From Callorhinchus milii (Eukaryota): a stretch of 64,000 nucleotides of DNA. The notes beneath the pieces were generated by a model that was not told where the DNA came from, made no database searches, and saw nothing but the letters and a program-made list of their open reading frames with translations. The stretch covers positions 94,676,001 to 94,740,000 of the forward strand of contig NW_024704743.1 in NCBI RefSeq assembly GCF_018977255.1, read 5' to 3'. Shown in pieces: positions 11,411 to 25,185 of the stretch; within the stretch, counting starts at the first letter, position 1, and each line of letters opens with the position of its first letter. The translations under genes were made by a program, and so were the position numbers.

Positions 11411-12499
11411 TCTTTGAAGTGGCCAAATCGAAGTATTGCAAGTTAACAGAGCCTTCTGTCCAATCTACAATCAAATGTTTCCAGGCAACCATTTGGTGAT
11501 TTGTATTTCTCCCCCCACTGGCACAGTATCAAAGTTCCACCACCATGGAAACAGTGGAGTTGGGGCACAGGTCATTTCTAAAATCAGGGCCATCATTTTA
11601 CCCTGAAACCACTCTGCATCAAGCAAACATTTTTATTGTCATCTCAGCGCTCACTAATTATGCCATGAGACTCAATCAGCAAACTAATATGCAATGTATT
11701 GCATTTAACACTTTATCCATTGAGATTGGTGCTCAAAGCAATTTAAATTTCGATATATATTTGCAAACTGGGAAAGACGAATTCCTCGCAATATATTTCC
11801 CACAAGTTAATAGCATTTCGAATGTACAGTGTAACATGCAATATAAGAATCATCATCTGTGGTCAAGGTTCAAAGTTTCCCACCTGTGTTTCAGCTGTCA
11901 GAAATGGTGTTTCCTACATATGGAAATCCCACAGATAGATTGTTGGAATAGAAATGTGCACTCTCTCCCTACGTATCCTGCTTACCTAATTCCGGAAATT
12001 ATTAGGTGCAGGTTGTCAAGAGCCACGGCTTGAGGACCCCAGATTGCATGTTGAGGTACTGCTGGAGTCTTAACCAGCTAAAACCACATAGCTTGCCATT
12101 GATATTGCTGTCCGGCAAACTTGCCCATTGCTTGTCCAGGAAGGACCACCCTACTTTTTAGGGCTTCGGCTTGCAGGGTTAACAGGAGCTGAGTGGGATG
12201 ACCCCCTGCCCCCCAGTGACTAGTCTGACCTTCCAGGTCCTGTCAATGAATGAGACTGGCTATGCTAACAACAACAAATTGCATTTATATAGCGCCCCTC
12301 ATGCAGGGTAGCGTTCCAGAGCACTGTCATCATCATTATCCTGAACTCAATGGCATTGAGGCCAATTATACCATTCCCTAATGCTATTCAGGTAAAATCA
12401 GTTAACACTTGCTTTATCTTTAAAGCGCTCTGAGATGCCATCCAGCGTGGAGGGCACTATATAAATCCAAGTTGTTGTTGTTATCTGATCTAAATGGTC

Positions 12500-12980
12500 A
12501 CATGCACTCTTTGCTGATCTCCTGAGCTCCACCTCATGCAAAACTGCACAGCTCATATTATCACTCGCACCAAACTGGTTACCCATCACCCCAGTCCTTG
12601 CCAAACTCAATTGGCTCAGTGTCCCTAGCAGATCAATCTCAAGGTCTTCACCTATGAATCCCTCCATACCTTGGCACCTCCTTATCTCTCTTGATCTTCT
12701 CATATTCTACTCATATACTTGCTCCATCTGCTCAACCAACACAGGCTTTCATTGAGTTCCCTGCTCTTCCTGCATCACCGTTTGTAGCAGAACCTTTAGA
12801 TCCTACCCCCTCAACTCACTCTGCCTTCCCCTCGATCTCGCCCCTCTCTGTCTAAGTCCCTCCTTAAGACTTACCTCTATGGTCACCTCTCCCTTGCTTG
12901 GAGTATCCCAGTCCTTGTAAAGCACTCCAAGACGTTACTATACATGAAAGGGACTATATAAATGAAAACTGTTTGTTGTA
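12500..12980 (+). mobile_element. Old L2 3' fragment
   Basis: Degenerate ITP.L..LNWL...I..K coding remnant ending in an L2-type tail. Confidence 0.6.
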
Positions 12981-14491
12981 ATACTCTCCACTGGGTACTA
13001 GGTCATTGATAGAAGCTCAAGTTTAATTTTTAACATGTTCGCAAGTAAATACCAATACAGACATTTGAGGTTGTGGCAACCAGATTTAAGTGGTGTCAAA
13101 TCATATTTAGTGGCCAGAACAATTGTTAACTGCAATTATATTCAACAGTTACAAGAATAGGACCTTCGGGATCTACGGATTTCGTGGCCTCATTTTCTGT
13201 TCAAGAAAAAAAATATTCCTACTTCTCCAAAACCTCTCAGTTCAGAATTTAGTGTTTAATGCTCTGTGGCATAAGATAGTGATAAATTATCTTGTAAACC
13301 TACAATCTGCCAACTCTTTCTAAACCATGTTTTACAACTTAACAGCAGTGAAGCACAGCTATTGACAAATTGCTCCTGTAAATCAGTCATTTGCTGGCTG
13401 TATCTGTTTATACAGGGTCCATTGAGAGAGCTTGACCTGGTAGACTGCTCTCTTACTGCTTCTGACTAACAGCTTTCAGTTATATAGTCTGATCTGGAAG
13501 TCGTTAGAATGCTGCTTCACACAGCCTCTCTGGGTAGTTGTGAAAGGTAAAATTAAACAGAATAAAGAGCACTGAAATAGGCCATTTGGCCCAATTAGGG
13601 CATGGCTCCACCCATCCTAATCGCTCAGATAATCTGATAAAAAGTGCAACTCTACTTATTATGGTTCTCAGAATATCAACAGTATGGGAACACACCATCA
13701 AGACCACAAGTTTGTGCAGGTGGCTTTCTGCACATGAGCCATCAAATCTAAGCCTATCCTCCTGCTTATTCCCTGTATCCTCTATTCCTTCTTTTTAAGC
13801 AAAGTTGAATGTGATTTTTTTTAGTTAGTCAAGTATCTGATGCATGCAGAAACCCTCACCATGCTTAGGAGTATCCAAATCAGACTGAGAGTTCCACATA
13901 TGAATAATAATAATAATGCCATCTATTCATGAAAATTTCTATGTGGCAGGAATTGAATGTGACTTTCTCCCCAGAGGGACGCACCCTGCTTTCCCAATTC
14001 CAAAAAAGTACTCGGCACAGATTGGTGAGAGCGTAGGTTAGGGGACTTCGGAGTGTATATTCGGAAACTGCTGGAGTTTAACAAGCTGAAACCATACAGC
14101 TTGCCATTGAGCGCACTAGCTGTAAAAAAAAACTTCCTGCAGCTTATCCAGCTAAGACCACTCTATGCATTAGGCTTGGGCTTCTGACATTCTGTTAGCT
14201 TGTGTTCAAGAAGTGATTGAAGCATGTTACCTTGGAACCAAGGAGAGCATGTTTACCTCCCTCAACATAAGGGGAATAGTATTTCAGTGTCAAAGTCTCT
14301 TCAATTGCACACATACTTTATAATAAACAATTGACTCAGGTTTGACTTGACTCCAGGTATTAGTGAAATGCAGAGGTTTTCCATGTTTCATAAAATTGCA
14401 AATGTTAAGTGTACACAGAAGAGATTGCACTGATTAGAATAATGTATACTTTGTGCCTTGTTTGAAGCTGGACACAGTAAGATCAAGAGTA

Positions 14492-14785
14492 AATAATAAT
14501 AATCCTTGCATTTGATATAGCGCTTTTCGTGTCTTCTAGACGTCTCAAAGCGCTTCACAGAATAGACTGTAAAGTGAATTGACTGCCTATTATGTGGGCG
14601 AAACAAGGCAGCCAATTGCGCACAGCAGTCGTGGATTGAAATGACCAATTTATTATTGTTTTTTTAGGGATTATTATCAGGCGTGTGGAGTAAGGAAACT
14701 TTCCCAAGGTTTCGCCCTGCCAGGAATCAAACCCAGGTCTCTCGCTTGCAAAGCGAGTGCTCTAACCACTGAACTACAGAACTCC
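14492..14785 (-). mobile_element. Young tRNA-derived SINE (copy 3, small internal deletion)
   Basis: Full head-body-tail match. Confidence 0.9.
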
Positions 14786-15484
14786 TTGTGAGCCTGCCCA
14801 ATTGAGACAGTTGGTTTGGCTTGATCTGTTTTGAAATCTTACCATTTGGCCAACCTTGGATTTTAATTTGAACCCACCCTGATTGTTATCAAAGGTACGA
14901 TATTAAAGAGCTGATCACACAACTGGCTCTTTAACATCGATAAAACAAGCACCGATTTTGGTATTCTAAGTGTTTTACAAGGCATGACTGGTGAGAGTGA
15001 AGTGACAGTATAACTGCAACATCAGTGTGCCCATATTCCATCGTCTTTCTGTGACGATGCAGTTGAACACAGCTACACTATTACAATACAGTGGAACTTC
15101 TGCTGCCTTGTCAGTTGTTTTTCGAAGAAATGGAGCATGTAAAATGCACCATGAAAGCTTCATTCACCTCTTGAACATATTTGGACATTGTGCCCTGAGC
15201 AATGCCAGTATAATCTTTCCCAGGAGCTCGGAAGGACCCTGTGGCAAAAAAAAATATCCAAGGCAGCTTCAGCATTCATGGCACAAGGAGAGCACTGGTG
15301 TTGACAGAGTAGGGGGTTATTCTTGACTTGTTGATAAATGCAGCAATGCTTAGAATTAAATTTTCCCAATTAAAGTCATGCAGTAAAAAGTCAGTACATT
15401 TATCAGTGTGCAGAGAATAGTGTTTACATATGGAGTTACCAGCTCATATACTACTGTGATGACACTTTGAATTCACATAGTGTA

Positions 15485-15800
15485 GGCTGACACTGCAATG
15501 TATTAGTGTGTGGGGGGGCAATGCATTAGTGTTGGACTTGCTGTTCTTCTGATGCGACGTGACATCGAGGTCCCATCTGCCTGTTCAGGTTGGGATGTTA
15601 GAGATCCCACGGCACTATTTGGAAACAAAAATAAGTTTCTTCCAGTCCCCCAGATAAAATTAGTCATTCACTTCATAGCTGTGGTGGGACGTTGCTGTGC
15701 ACAAATTGGGGTTCACATTAGCCTAGAAGATACAGAGTTACGATATTTACAGTATCCTGTGAAGTACTTTCAGATGTCCTTCCGACATGAAAGGTACCTT
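15485..15800 (+). mobile_element. Old DeuSINE/SacSINE1-like copy lacking its head
   Basis: AGGCTGACACT...TGCCTGTTCAGGT..GATCCCACGGCACTATTT...TTGCTGTGCACAAATTGG...tail. Confidence 0.65.
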
Positions 15801-17344
15801 CTTAAACAGAGATTAGTTTTTGTTACTTTTTATGACCTTTGTATTCAATCTGACCCTTGTCAAGCTATTCAACAGACAGACTAGCACAATTGATTCTCAG
15901 CCTAACACAAATAGTCTCTGATGTCAAAAAAGGGAATATCTATCAATGACAAACTAAACATTGAACATTCATTTTCTGCAGGGACTAAAACTGGAATGCC
16001 TGGAATATCAGGAATAAGAGATATCTCCTGAAATAATTAGTTTCTGCATGTTGAATTAGGAGCATGTGTTATCATGAAATGACAGGGATCCAGGTTCGAA
16101 GTCTTGTGCTGCCTAGTTACCAAATAATAGTTGTAAGGGAGATTTATCCCAGGCTCTTCTTGTACACATCCTGCCGATGGCTTAAAGGACCTTCGGTGGA
16201 GGCTTGGAAGCAGGTCATCTACACACCTATTTCATAGATTCACATAGAATTTACAATATTTGGCTCATATAGTCTGTGCCAGCGTTTATACTCCACATGG
16301 GTTTCTTTGCAGTTGATTTGTTATCCATGGAGACCAAGAGCAATTGAGGAGGGAATATGGGAATTCTTATTTGCCTCGGTGGAAAAAAGAGGGGATCTCA
16401 CTGCTAGATACTTCAGTCGGTTCAGCGAGACACTTATCTGATAAGGATGAAACTGCCTGAGATTGAATGCACTACTCTGCTTGCATCACTTTTGAGTGAT
16501 AAATGGGGAACATCATTTCTTTACCTTACTTCTTGAAATCAATTAAGCAATAATTAGGGGCAAAGGATGATCTTTTGCCTCTGTACTTAATCACATCTGG
16601 TCAAGACTTCTTTTTGTGCAGGAATCATTCTTTTTCATAGGATGAGGTTGAAAAGCCTTATTTCATGAAGAATTTAATTGTGGGTCATTGCAATGATTGA
16701 ATCTTTGGCTGTTCCCTCTGTAGTTTCTAAGTTCCCTTTCTTCTGGGGAAGGCAATTATGTTTTTTCTCCATTGCTCAGGTTCCTTGTTGTTTAGCAAGT
16801 TATTCTGAAATATATTATTAATTATTTGTTGAATGAAATCCCCAGCATTCTTCAAGATTCCAGAAATGTGATCACAAAGTCACATCTTGCTGCTTTGCTA
16901 TATTTTAGTTTATTTGACTCATTTGTGCTATTGTTTTAGTGTTGATGGATGTTAGGTGATTTTTGCTCCTATTAACGCAATAAATCTTTTGCAATGAATT
17001 GTATTATGTCAGTTGAGTAATGGTGCTAATCCTGCCTTTATAGATGCCGTGAGACTATGCAAATTGGCAAATTGATATGGCATTGCTAAAACTCCTGCTT
17101 CTCTCCCAAACAGTGATAACAAATGGTTGATAAAGTGTTCTATCTATCTCCAAGTATAGCTGAGAAACAATGAAGGAACTTGCATTTTTATATCGCTAAA
17201 AAACACCAAAACATTTCAAAGCAACTGCAAGGATTATTTAAAGTAATTAATGGCACGTGCGTATTTTTTGATCTGAATGGATTGGCTGATTATTTGAGTG
17301 TCTGTTCTCTAATTGTGATTCCTGTGTGTTTCTTCTCGATTCAG

Positions 17345-17524
17345 TCACCTGCTCACAGCTATTCCAGCTACGAGTCTCTTAGAAATGAAAGTGTAGGAGG
17401 TGGCCCCGAGGATCTGTCCGTCAGCAGAACTAATGAAGATGATGATGACCAGGATGACCACGATGACGTTGAGAAGATAAATGAATCTGATGGAGCAGAA
17501 TCTGAGCGTCTTAAAGCTTTTAAT
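17345..17524 (+). CDS. NOL4: Nucleolar protein 4, internal coding exon (SPAHSYSSY...ERLKAFN)
   Basis: ttcag acceptor, gtaagt donor, 180 nt, phase 0/0; the peptide matches the NOL4 acidic region. Confidence 0.92.
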
Positions 17525-19172
17525 GTAAGTTTAAGTTACAACTGGTCTGTTTGTGGATGGTCCTGGAGAAATGTACTATTGTACACTAGAAGAGGCAAAG
17601 TGTCCTGGTTAGAGATTGTTAAAGTACCTCACAAGTTGTTTTTCACACTTATAGTATTAGGAAACTTATACCTGAGAGAAAGAGATTACTTTTTTCTTCA
17701 CAAAATATAACGCAGATTCATCTAGCTTCCAGGACTTTTAAGTTGTTCTTTTATTCAGAGACTGCAGATAAGGAAGCCATGTAACCAGGAAAATGATTGG
17801 CATGCTTAAAGGGAATTATCATTGAGCTGTTGGTGTGCCTTTGTTGTTAGTTCTGTTTATTTTCTCATGCTGAATCGGTTCTAGATACTCAAGGAGGTGA
17901 TCCTCTGACAATCGGTAAATTTACTGACCTTTGTGGGTGAGCACGTCTTAGTTCTTAGCTGGTTGATAGATTTTCTGAATTTGCTTCTTTGAGTCAATTG
18001 AAAATTACTCCTCTAAGCTCGCATCACTAAGGTGAGTAACATTGTTGAGAAGTCTTTTGTCTTTAGTACCTCTTGAGATCACGGGTCCCGTTGTCTATTT
18101 TTCTGTCTATTCAGAGTATTTAGAACAAATTCAGTGCTACATAAGCTTGTGCTGGGGTCATATGAACCTAGACTTGCATTGTCTTACAATTTTATGCTAG
18201 AACACTTAACTTATTAATAGTTGACTAAAAAAGTAACGACAAAGTGACCACAAAGTGACATTTTGGTGGTTTGATCACTGACGTGGGTTGAGGACAAAAC
18301 AATTCTTCAACTGTATTTGTGTTATTTAACTTTTATTTAACGCCATCATTTTATTCCACCCCACCTTAGTTTGAGGAAATAATAATTTTAAATAATTGTG
18401 TGGATATCAGGAAAAATGGCATCTGCAGTGGACAAAGTACTACACTTTCTGTGATTGTGTGCTAAGACTATGGATAAGCCTATCTTATTGTTTGATAGAT
18501 AACATTCTACATTGCTATCAGTTGTTAGGAAGAGAGGCCTGAAGCAGACTGAGGCAATGTCCTCTACTGACTCCATGTACTGGTAGTGGAACTCTGAGGA
18601 TTTAGGAAAGCACAGTAAGATGGCATTTCATGTGCTGGCTTCAACATATGAATTTATTTGATGTACATAAAGCAGCCAGCCATGTGCCGTTACCTGTGTA
18701 CTTTCACCAAACCATGTTTTTTTGATTTGATTGCTGAAAAAAGTAAGTAACCTGCCAAAACTGGAGGAGAATGAAGAAACAAATAAACTCCAGAGGACAG
18801 GTTTTCATGAGTCTTTGAGACTATAACAGCAGAAGGCTCTCAGTGAAGCTGAGGACCAATATCAGCCTCTGACCACAAAGTTAGTGGCCTGGAAGAGCAC
18901 CACTATGAGGATGTTTCATCTCGGAGTTCCTGATGAGAGCAGGGAAGTAGAGCAGTCTGGAACAGAGCCATAAGGATATAACATACTATACATGGCTTTT
19001 AGTGCTTACGATATCAATTCCTGTCCCAGTACCTTTCCTTTACATATTTCTTTACTTTGATATAATATTATTAGGACCTGGATATAGAAAATAATTATTT
19101 CTTACTGTTCGTTTTCTTCAAATATATTGTGCATGTCATACCTTTGTTTAATATTTTTTTCATAGTTCCCCT

Positions 19173-19260
19173 AAGGGTCTTACCCAAAACGTTAACCTAT
19201 CTTTCTCTTTCAGATGCCGATTGACCTGCTATGGATTTTCAACATTTTTGTTCTTTGTTT
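19173..19260 (+). mobile_element. Penelope-like element terminal remnant
   Basis: AAGGGTCTTACCCAAAACGTTAAC...CAGATGC..TGACCTGCT...CATTTT resembles a common chondrichthyan Penelope-type end (from memory). Confidence 0.45.
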
Positions 19261-19269
19261 AAAATACCT

Positions 19270-19628
19270 TCCCTTGATGCCTCAGTTAGTAAAGCCGCAC
19301 TGAACACTGTAAAGTTGAACCATATGGACCTAGAAAGTCCTGATTTGCTTACTGTTCTGTGCTGCGTTAACTGATCTCTCAGTAGGGCAGGAATTGGCCT
19401 TTGTACCAATCTGGCTGGATTTTGGTTATATCCAACGATTGTTGTTTGAAAGTGCACGTGGGTGTAGGCATTGTGTGAGGAGAGGGTAGGAGAGGCTGGG
19501 CTTGTCAGTGATGCTTCTTCCCCCATTGAATATTTGGTCAACACTTGCCATCTCAGATCAAACATGAAGAATATCCACCTGGGTGAGGTACTGGAGAACA
19601 GTTCATGGCTGTGAATCTGTACTCCCCT
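19270..19628 (+). mobile_element. Ancient AmnSINE2-like SINE
   Basis: TCTGTGCTGCGTTAACTGATCTC...GAAAGTGC...TGAAGAAT.CCAC.TGGGTGAGGTACTGGAG; related copies at 26290 (-) and 57960 (+). Confidence 0.55.
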
Positions 19629-20205
19629 CCCCCCTCCCACCCACCCCCAGGATGACTGGGTGCTGTAAGAAGAAGAGATTTAGAGGCTGAAAGGTCCCCA
19701 CCCTGCGCATTTCCCTGACAGACAAAAATATGTCAGAAGGGAAGGAAAGCTCAGAGGAGCCCTTTGGTTCAAAGGCTATCGGAGAATTATAAACTTGTTG
19801 TTCTATGTTTGACTGTAAGAAGGAAGCCTGGTATTTCCAGAAAAATTGAGACCCGCACCTTAGCATGTTATACGGACAGTTCGTCCCCAAGCAGCTTTAA
19901 TGTACTTTACAGGAAGGGGTTAGACATATCACACAGTGGTTCCAATTAATTCTGGTAAAGATGGATGCTCTAGACAGACCTAGAGCTGATTCACAGCTGC
20001 CAATCAGAAGCACAATATTGGCAAGAGGGCCAATGTACCTTGTGCTTTCTCAGAGGAAGTGTGCTCTGGAACAATGGCAAGTTACTTCAAAGCTCCCACT
20101 GCTATTAAACAAGCTAGGTGGAGCTAGTTCAGGGCACACCTGGCTCTTTGAGTTGAGGGTGTGGCCCCCATGGTATGGTGTACATGTGGGCATTTCTTAT
20201 TACAG

Positions 20206-20532
20206 ATAATAATAATAATAATAATAATCCTTGCATTTGATATAGCGCTTTTCACGTCGGAAGGACGTCCCAAAGCGCTTCACAGAACACACTGTAAAGT
20301 GAATTGACTGTAAATTTGTGGGCGAACGCGGCAGCCAATTGCGCACAGCAATGTCCCACAAACAGTCGTAGATTGAAAATGCCAATTTTATTATTGTTTT
20401 TGGTTTTGGAGGGATTATTATTAGGCGTGTGGAGTAAGGAAACTTGCCCAAGGTTTCGCCCTGCCTGGAATTGAACTCAGGTCTCTCGATGTGCAAAGCG
20501 AGTGCTCTAACCACTGAGCTACAGGACTCCAC
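20206..20532 (-). mobile_element. Young tRNA-derived SINE (copy 4)
   Basis: Near-identical to 25186-25511 and 45928-46246. Confidence 0.93.
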
Positions 20533-21104
20533 AATTTTTCAATATATATATTGACAATTGTATTTTTTCTTCTACAGTTGGGCGGGGAGTTGGGTGGGGA
20601 TGAGGAGGGGTGATTACTTTTATAGAGGCAGTACATCCCCAGAGTTACCTTCTCCTTTAAATCATATAGAAAGGCTCGTCTTGATTTTTTTTAATAACAT
20701 AGGGCTAGGAAGACCCCAGTTGATATTGTTAGTGCTGGATATGCTTAACTTCCTCTGGTGAAAGAATGAACGCAGAAATTGGTAACATCAAACCTGCTGC
20801 ATTTCAGGAACCAATATGGATTCTAGGCAAAAACTAGAAAGCAACAATAGTCTGTGATATCCTAGTTGTATTTCTGTGCCATTTGGAGGGAAATTTCATT
20901 CAAAGAGTGCTACCTTTCTTCTATTTTGTTAGAAGACTATTACGTTAACTGCCCATGCATTTTATTTTGAGAATGTATCAGACTTTATACACTTGATACA
21001 AAAGAAAAAATTACATTGGGAAGAATGAAGCAATACTGTTGGACTACAGAGGGACTATCCTTGCATTGTCCCTTCGCATTGTTCTTTGTTTAATGCAGCA
21101 ACAG

Positions 21105-21457
21105 CCTGACCGTTCCGCCCGCTCAGCAGACTCCGACATGCTCCTTGTCCCCCGCCTGGCCTCCCCCCACCATCGATGGTCAGGTCTTCAACCTCTCTAT
21201 CCCACCCTTTGGAACTCTAACCCACAGCACTTTAGTCCCTTCGCCTTACTCTCTCTCTTACCTCCTTCAAGGCACATCTCAAGACTTTTCTCTTTCATCA
21301 CGCCTTTGGCCACTCTCCTACCCTTACCCTCCCTGCCCTGCACCCCTCCTGATCCCAACTCCTTGCTTGGGTCCAAACCTCTGACTGTGCAGCGCCTTGG
21401 GACATCCTCCTGACGTGAAAGGCACTTCACAAACGTAATTTGTTGATCTTGTTATTG
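21105..21457 (+). mobile_element. 5'-truncated L2 3' end
   Basis: RSADSDML...LWNS...F remnant, tail GCAGCGCCTTGGGACATCCTCCTGACGTGAAAGGCAC. Confidence 0.8.
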
Positions 21458-21552
21458 TAACTGCACCAGCATGATATCCATGTGTGAATAGGGTGAAGGT
21501 TGAAGACCTTTTTTTAGCACAAACCCCATTTTTATACACTAAAATATAAACG

Positions 21553-21953
21553 CTTGCATTTGATTTAGCGCCTTTTCATATTATCAAGACGCCGCACAGC
21601 ACTTCACAGGATGTTTCTGTGCAGTGCAGTGACTGTATTTGTAGGGGAACTTGGCAGCCAATTTGCACACAGCAATGTCCCACAAACAGCCTTGAAGTGA
21701 ATGATCAATTTTATTTGGGGGATTGTTGGCCAGACACTGGGAGAAACTCTCTTCTCTTTTCAGATAGTGCCGCAGGATCTTTTACATCCACCTGAACAGG
21801 CAGGTGCGACCTTGGTTTTTGTGTCTCAGCCAAAGGACGGCACCTCTAACATTGCAGCGCATCCCCAGCACTGCACTGGAGTGCCAGCCTAGTCTGTCTA
21901 ATGTGGGGACTATATAGGAAGGTCTGACTCAGAGGTGAAAGTCCTGCCAACTG
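21553..21953 (-). mobile_element. Old near full-length DeuSINE/SacSINE1-like copy
   Basis: tRNA head (CCTCTGAGTCAGA), Deu-like body and L2-type tail on the minus strand. Confidence 0.75.
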
Positions 21954-22084
21954 GTAGCACTGTCAAGGCTGTAGCAATTTCCAGTATAGGTCAAACGTAA
22001 TCCTTTGACTAATATTTTGAAAAGTGAGAGACAGTTACATGAGTTAAACATGTTACAGTAACATCCCATTATGAGGTGTCAACC

Positions 22085-22470
22085 TGACTCTGTTGTTAGT
22101 GCTCTTGCCTCTGAGTTAGAGAGTTGTGGTTCAAGCCCCATATTAAGCTCATAATCTAGGCTGACATTCCAGTGCAGTGCTGGGAGTGCCCTCCACACCA
22201 GAGGTGCTGTCTTTTGGATGAGATGTTAAATTGAGATCCTTTTTGCCTGTTCAGGTGAACTTTAAAAGACTCCACGGCACTGTGCAAAAGAGAAGTGAGT
22301 TTCTCCCGGTGATTTAGTGCACAATCCCCCAAATAAAATTGATCATGGCTGTTTGTGGAACATTGCTGTGTGCAAAATGACTGCCACATTTGCCTTCAAA
22401 TACACATTTAACAGAGAAATGCTGTGACGTACTTTGAGATGTTTTAACATGATAAGTGCTTCATAAAATG
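22085..22470 (+). mobile_element. Old near full-length DeuSINE/SacSINE1-like copy
   Basis: GTGCTCTTGCCTCTGAGTTAGA...ATAATCTAGGCTGACATTCCAGTGCAG...TTGCTGTGTGCAAAATG...tail. Confidence 0.75.
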
Positions 22471-22917
22471 TGAGAAATAAAATTAATCATAATAATTTCT
22501 CACTAATAATGACCCAGGCTGTGCTAATGGTTGTGCCGTATGGTATTTGGAGGAACTGATGAAAAGTTTATTCCTCTTAGCTTCCAAAATATTGTTGATT
22601 CTTTCCAATGTACTTTCTGGAAGGCCCTATATTACCGGTAAGGTTATTGTCAGAACTGCTGTGTGTATGGATGCCTTATTGTTATTGCTGTTTGGATAAC
22701 ATACTTCGCGCATGAAGTGCAGGTTCTGTTTCCACCCATTAGTACTGCAACTGGACATTTTTCTCATTATTTCATCTGGAGTTGTAATTTTTGTGAGTCT
22801 TTATTTGCTTTTTGTTCTTTAAAACAATTTTTCCTTTTTTTTTCTGTGCTTTCCTCATATGAACGTGTATTTACCAATCTCTCGTTGTTTTGATGTACCC
22901 ATGCTTTTTGTTGTTGA

Positions 22918-23030
22918 AAATAATAATAATCCTTGCATTTGATATAGCTTCTTATCACGTCTTTGAGACGTCTCAAAGCGCTTCACAGAATATACTGTAA
23001 AGTGAATTAACAGTGTATTTTGTGGGCGAC
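22918..23030 (-). mobile_element. Truncated SINE tail
   Basis: Matches the SINE 3' 110 nt. An inverted partner tail is at about 23480-23582 (+). Confidence 0.75.
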
Positions 23031-25185
23031 ATCCCAGAAAACAAAAGCAGGTCAGTCAGTTATCACCCCCCACCCCCCCCACCCCACCACTACCCCCACA
23101 GAAATGTTAAATACATCTTTCTTTTTCAGACACTGATTGATCTGCTTTGCTTTTCTATAATTTTCAGTTTGGTGACTGCAAAGTTCAAAAGGGATTTATG
23201 TTTGGAATTTCTGAACAAAGCTGAATCGAAACAGTGTGGAACAGTGGAAATATAGGACCAGCCAGGAAACTTTAAAAATTGACAAGAGAAGCTAGGGGTA
23301 GATCCCAATCCCAATTTGTAGTGTTGTCCGACCCATGTTTGTTTTTGTCGGGCTATTAACGTCAAGTTTGTGTTGTGGGTAAAGAACCGCTCGTATTTGT
23401 GTTGTTGAACATGATCAGCCATACTTACATTAAATAGCCACCATTGGCTAGTGGTGGATTAATTAGCCACCATTTCGCGTTTCGCCCACAAAATATACGC
23501 TTTACAGCATATTCTGTGAAGCGCTTTGAGATGTCTCAAAGACGTGATGAGACACTATATCAAATGCAAGGATTCTTATTATGGACTGGAGATATTTACC
23601 AATGCTAATGCATTCTCTGGTGTCATATTTCAGAAGACATTAGCTTCAGCGTGACAACATGCTATTTTCTGCAAGCCTGTAACTGAGAAGCAAAGAAGTG
23701 AAAAGTGGCTCAGACAAAGTGCAAAAATAGAGAAAACCGAGATTTAAACATTGCTGTCATTAGCTCACTACCGAAGTTCACTGTTGGCACATTATTCTAA
23801 CCAGCATTTCCTGTTCGTTCCTCCCTCCCTCTATCTCTCCTCTGTTGGGAGTGTGCTAAGCTGGGGACAGCAATGTCTTTTTATCTGCTGGAATTGTTGG
23901 AGCATGACCATCTCATGAGATGTGGTTTTGGTAGGCACGACTGAAATTATTTGTTTTCCTTCTCTTGCCCTCTCACCCGAGAGATTGTGAACGACTCCAC
24001 TATCAGACCAGATTAATGAAGGTCAACTGAATATTGAGGAAAACCAAATTTAGTGTCCTTTTGCGCTAGGATCTACAAAATTCATAGTCCCTACACTTTA
24101 CAACATATCCTGTGAATCGCTTTGAGACATCCTTTTGATGTGAAAAACACTGTATCAAAAGCAAGGATTATTGTTATCTGCATACCTCATCTGTACTTAA
24201 TAGTGTAAGTGTAGCAATCCCACATTGAGCTGCAAAATTGAAAGCGGCTCTATATACAGACCTCACTGGGACCCTTCCATGAAAATGCTCTGGCAGTGGA
24301 CAAAATCATGAGGAGCATTGAAGTCTCCCATTGTATTTACTCGTATCAGCAGTTTGGAGGGAGGGAGGAACCAACAGGGGAAATTGGAAGGTTATGCTTA
24401 CCACATAACTGACCATTCCTCCTTCCCCCTAATATGGATTACAGGTGCACTTCTAAAGTATCTGCATGAAGCCTGACACAGACATGTATATGCACGAGGA
24501 ATCCTGAGTCTAGACTATCCAGTAATCCTCTAGGTACTGTTTCACTGATCGATTAGGTTTATCAGACAGCATCAATGACTGAGCCTTGGCTTTAGGCCAT
24601 CTAATTGCTAGTCTAGGACTTTACTGTTGGAAGTACCAAGTCACCCAATTTCCCAGTAGTTTTGTTGCTTCTCAGAGTCATTCATTGAATGTTTCATTGC
24701 TTTTGGTTTTCTTAAATGTTTCCCTTATACCTTCTGCTTTCTGTTTTGTATCTTGAAAGATTATTTTATGTTAAGGGAAACTTTTAATGTCTAACAAGAT
24801 GGACACTGCAGGAAGGGCTCCTTGCTGCTTTTCCCTTATCTCATTTATTACACTGAAACGTTATCTTGCTAAGATTTTACAGACACTTTTTTAATTGTGT
24901 ATTTTCTATCACAGAAAATATGATTTCTGTAAAATCTAGTTTATTCCTTTTTGCAACTTGATGCAAGGGGAAACTGGATTTAGCATGGAAACAAAATAAT
25001 TGTTGAATCATACCTTTAGAGTTTTAGGATAACTGAGGTATATTAGTCAATTTAAAACTCTGTGAATTATAGCATAATTTGCAAAAGCACCAGTTGGTTT
25101 AATTTATGATTCTATAATTTAAAGTTATAATCGTCAAACTATGGGGTCTGTAATCTGTGATTCCTATTTATAACAATATTTTTGT

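Noticed and set aside
11545..12033. 162-aa ORF in the NOL4 intron
   Set aside because: No recognisable homology, domain or splice support.
1..17344. Further upstream NOL4 exon
   Set aside because: I found no ORF resembling the preceding NOL4 sequence; it probably lies outside the window.
20200..20532. Recurring small ORF family (…WDIAVRNWLPRSPT…YIKCKDYYY)
   Set aside because: Incidental translation of SINE copies; frames differ between copies.
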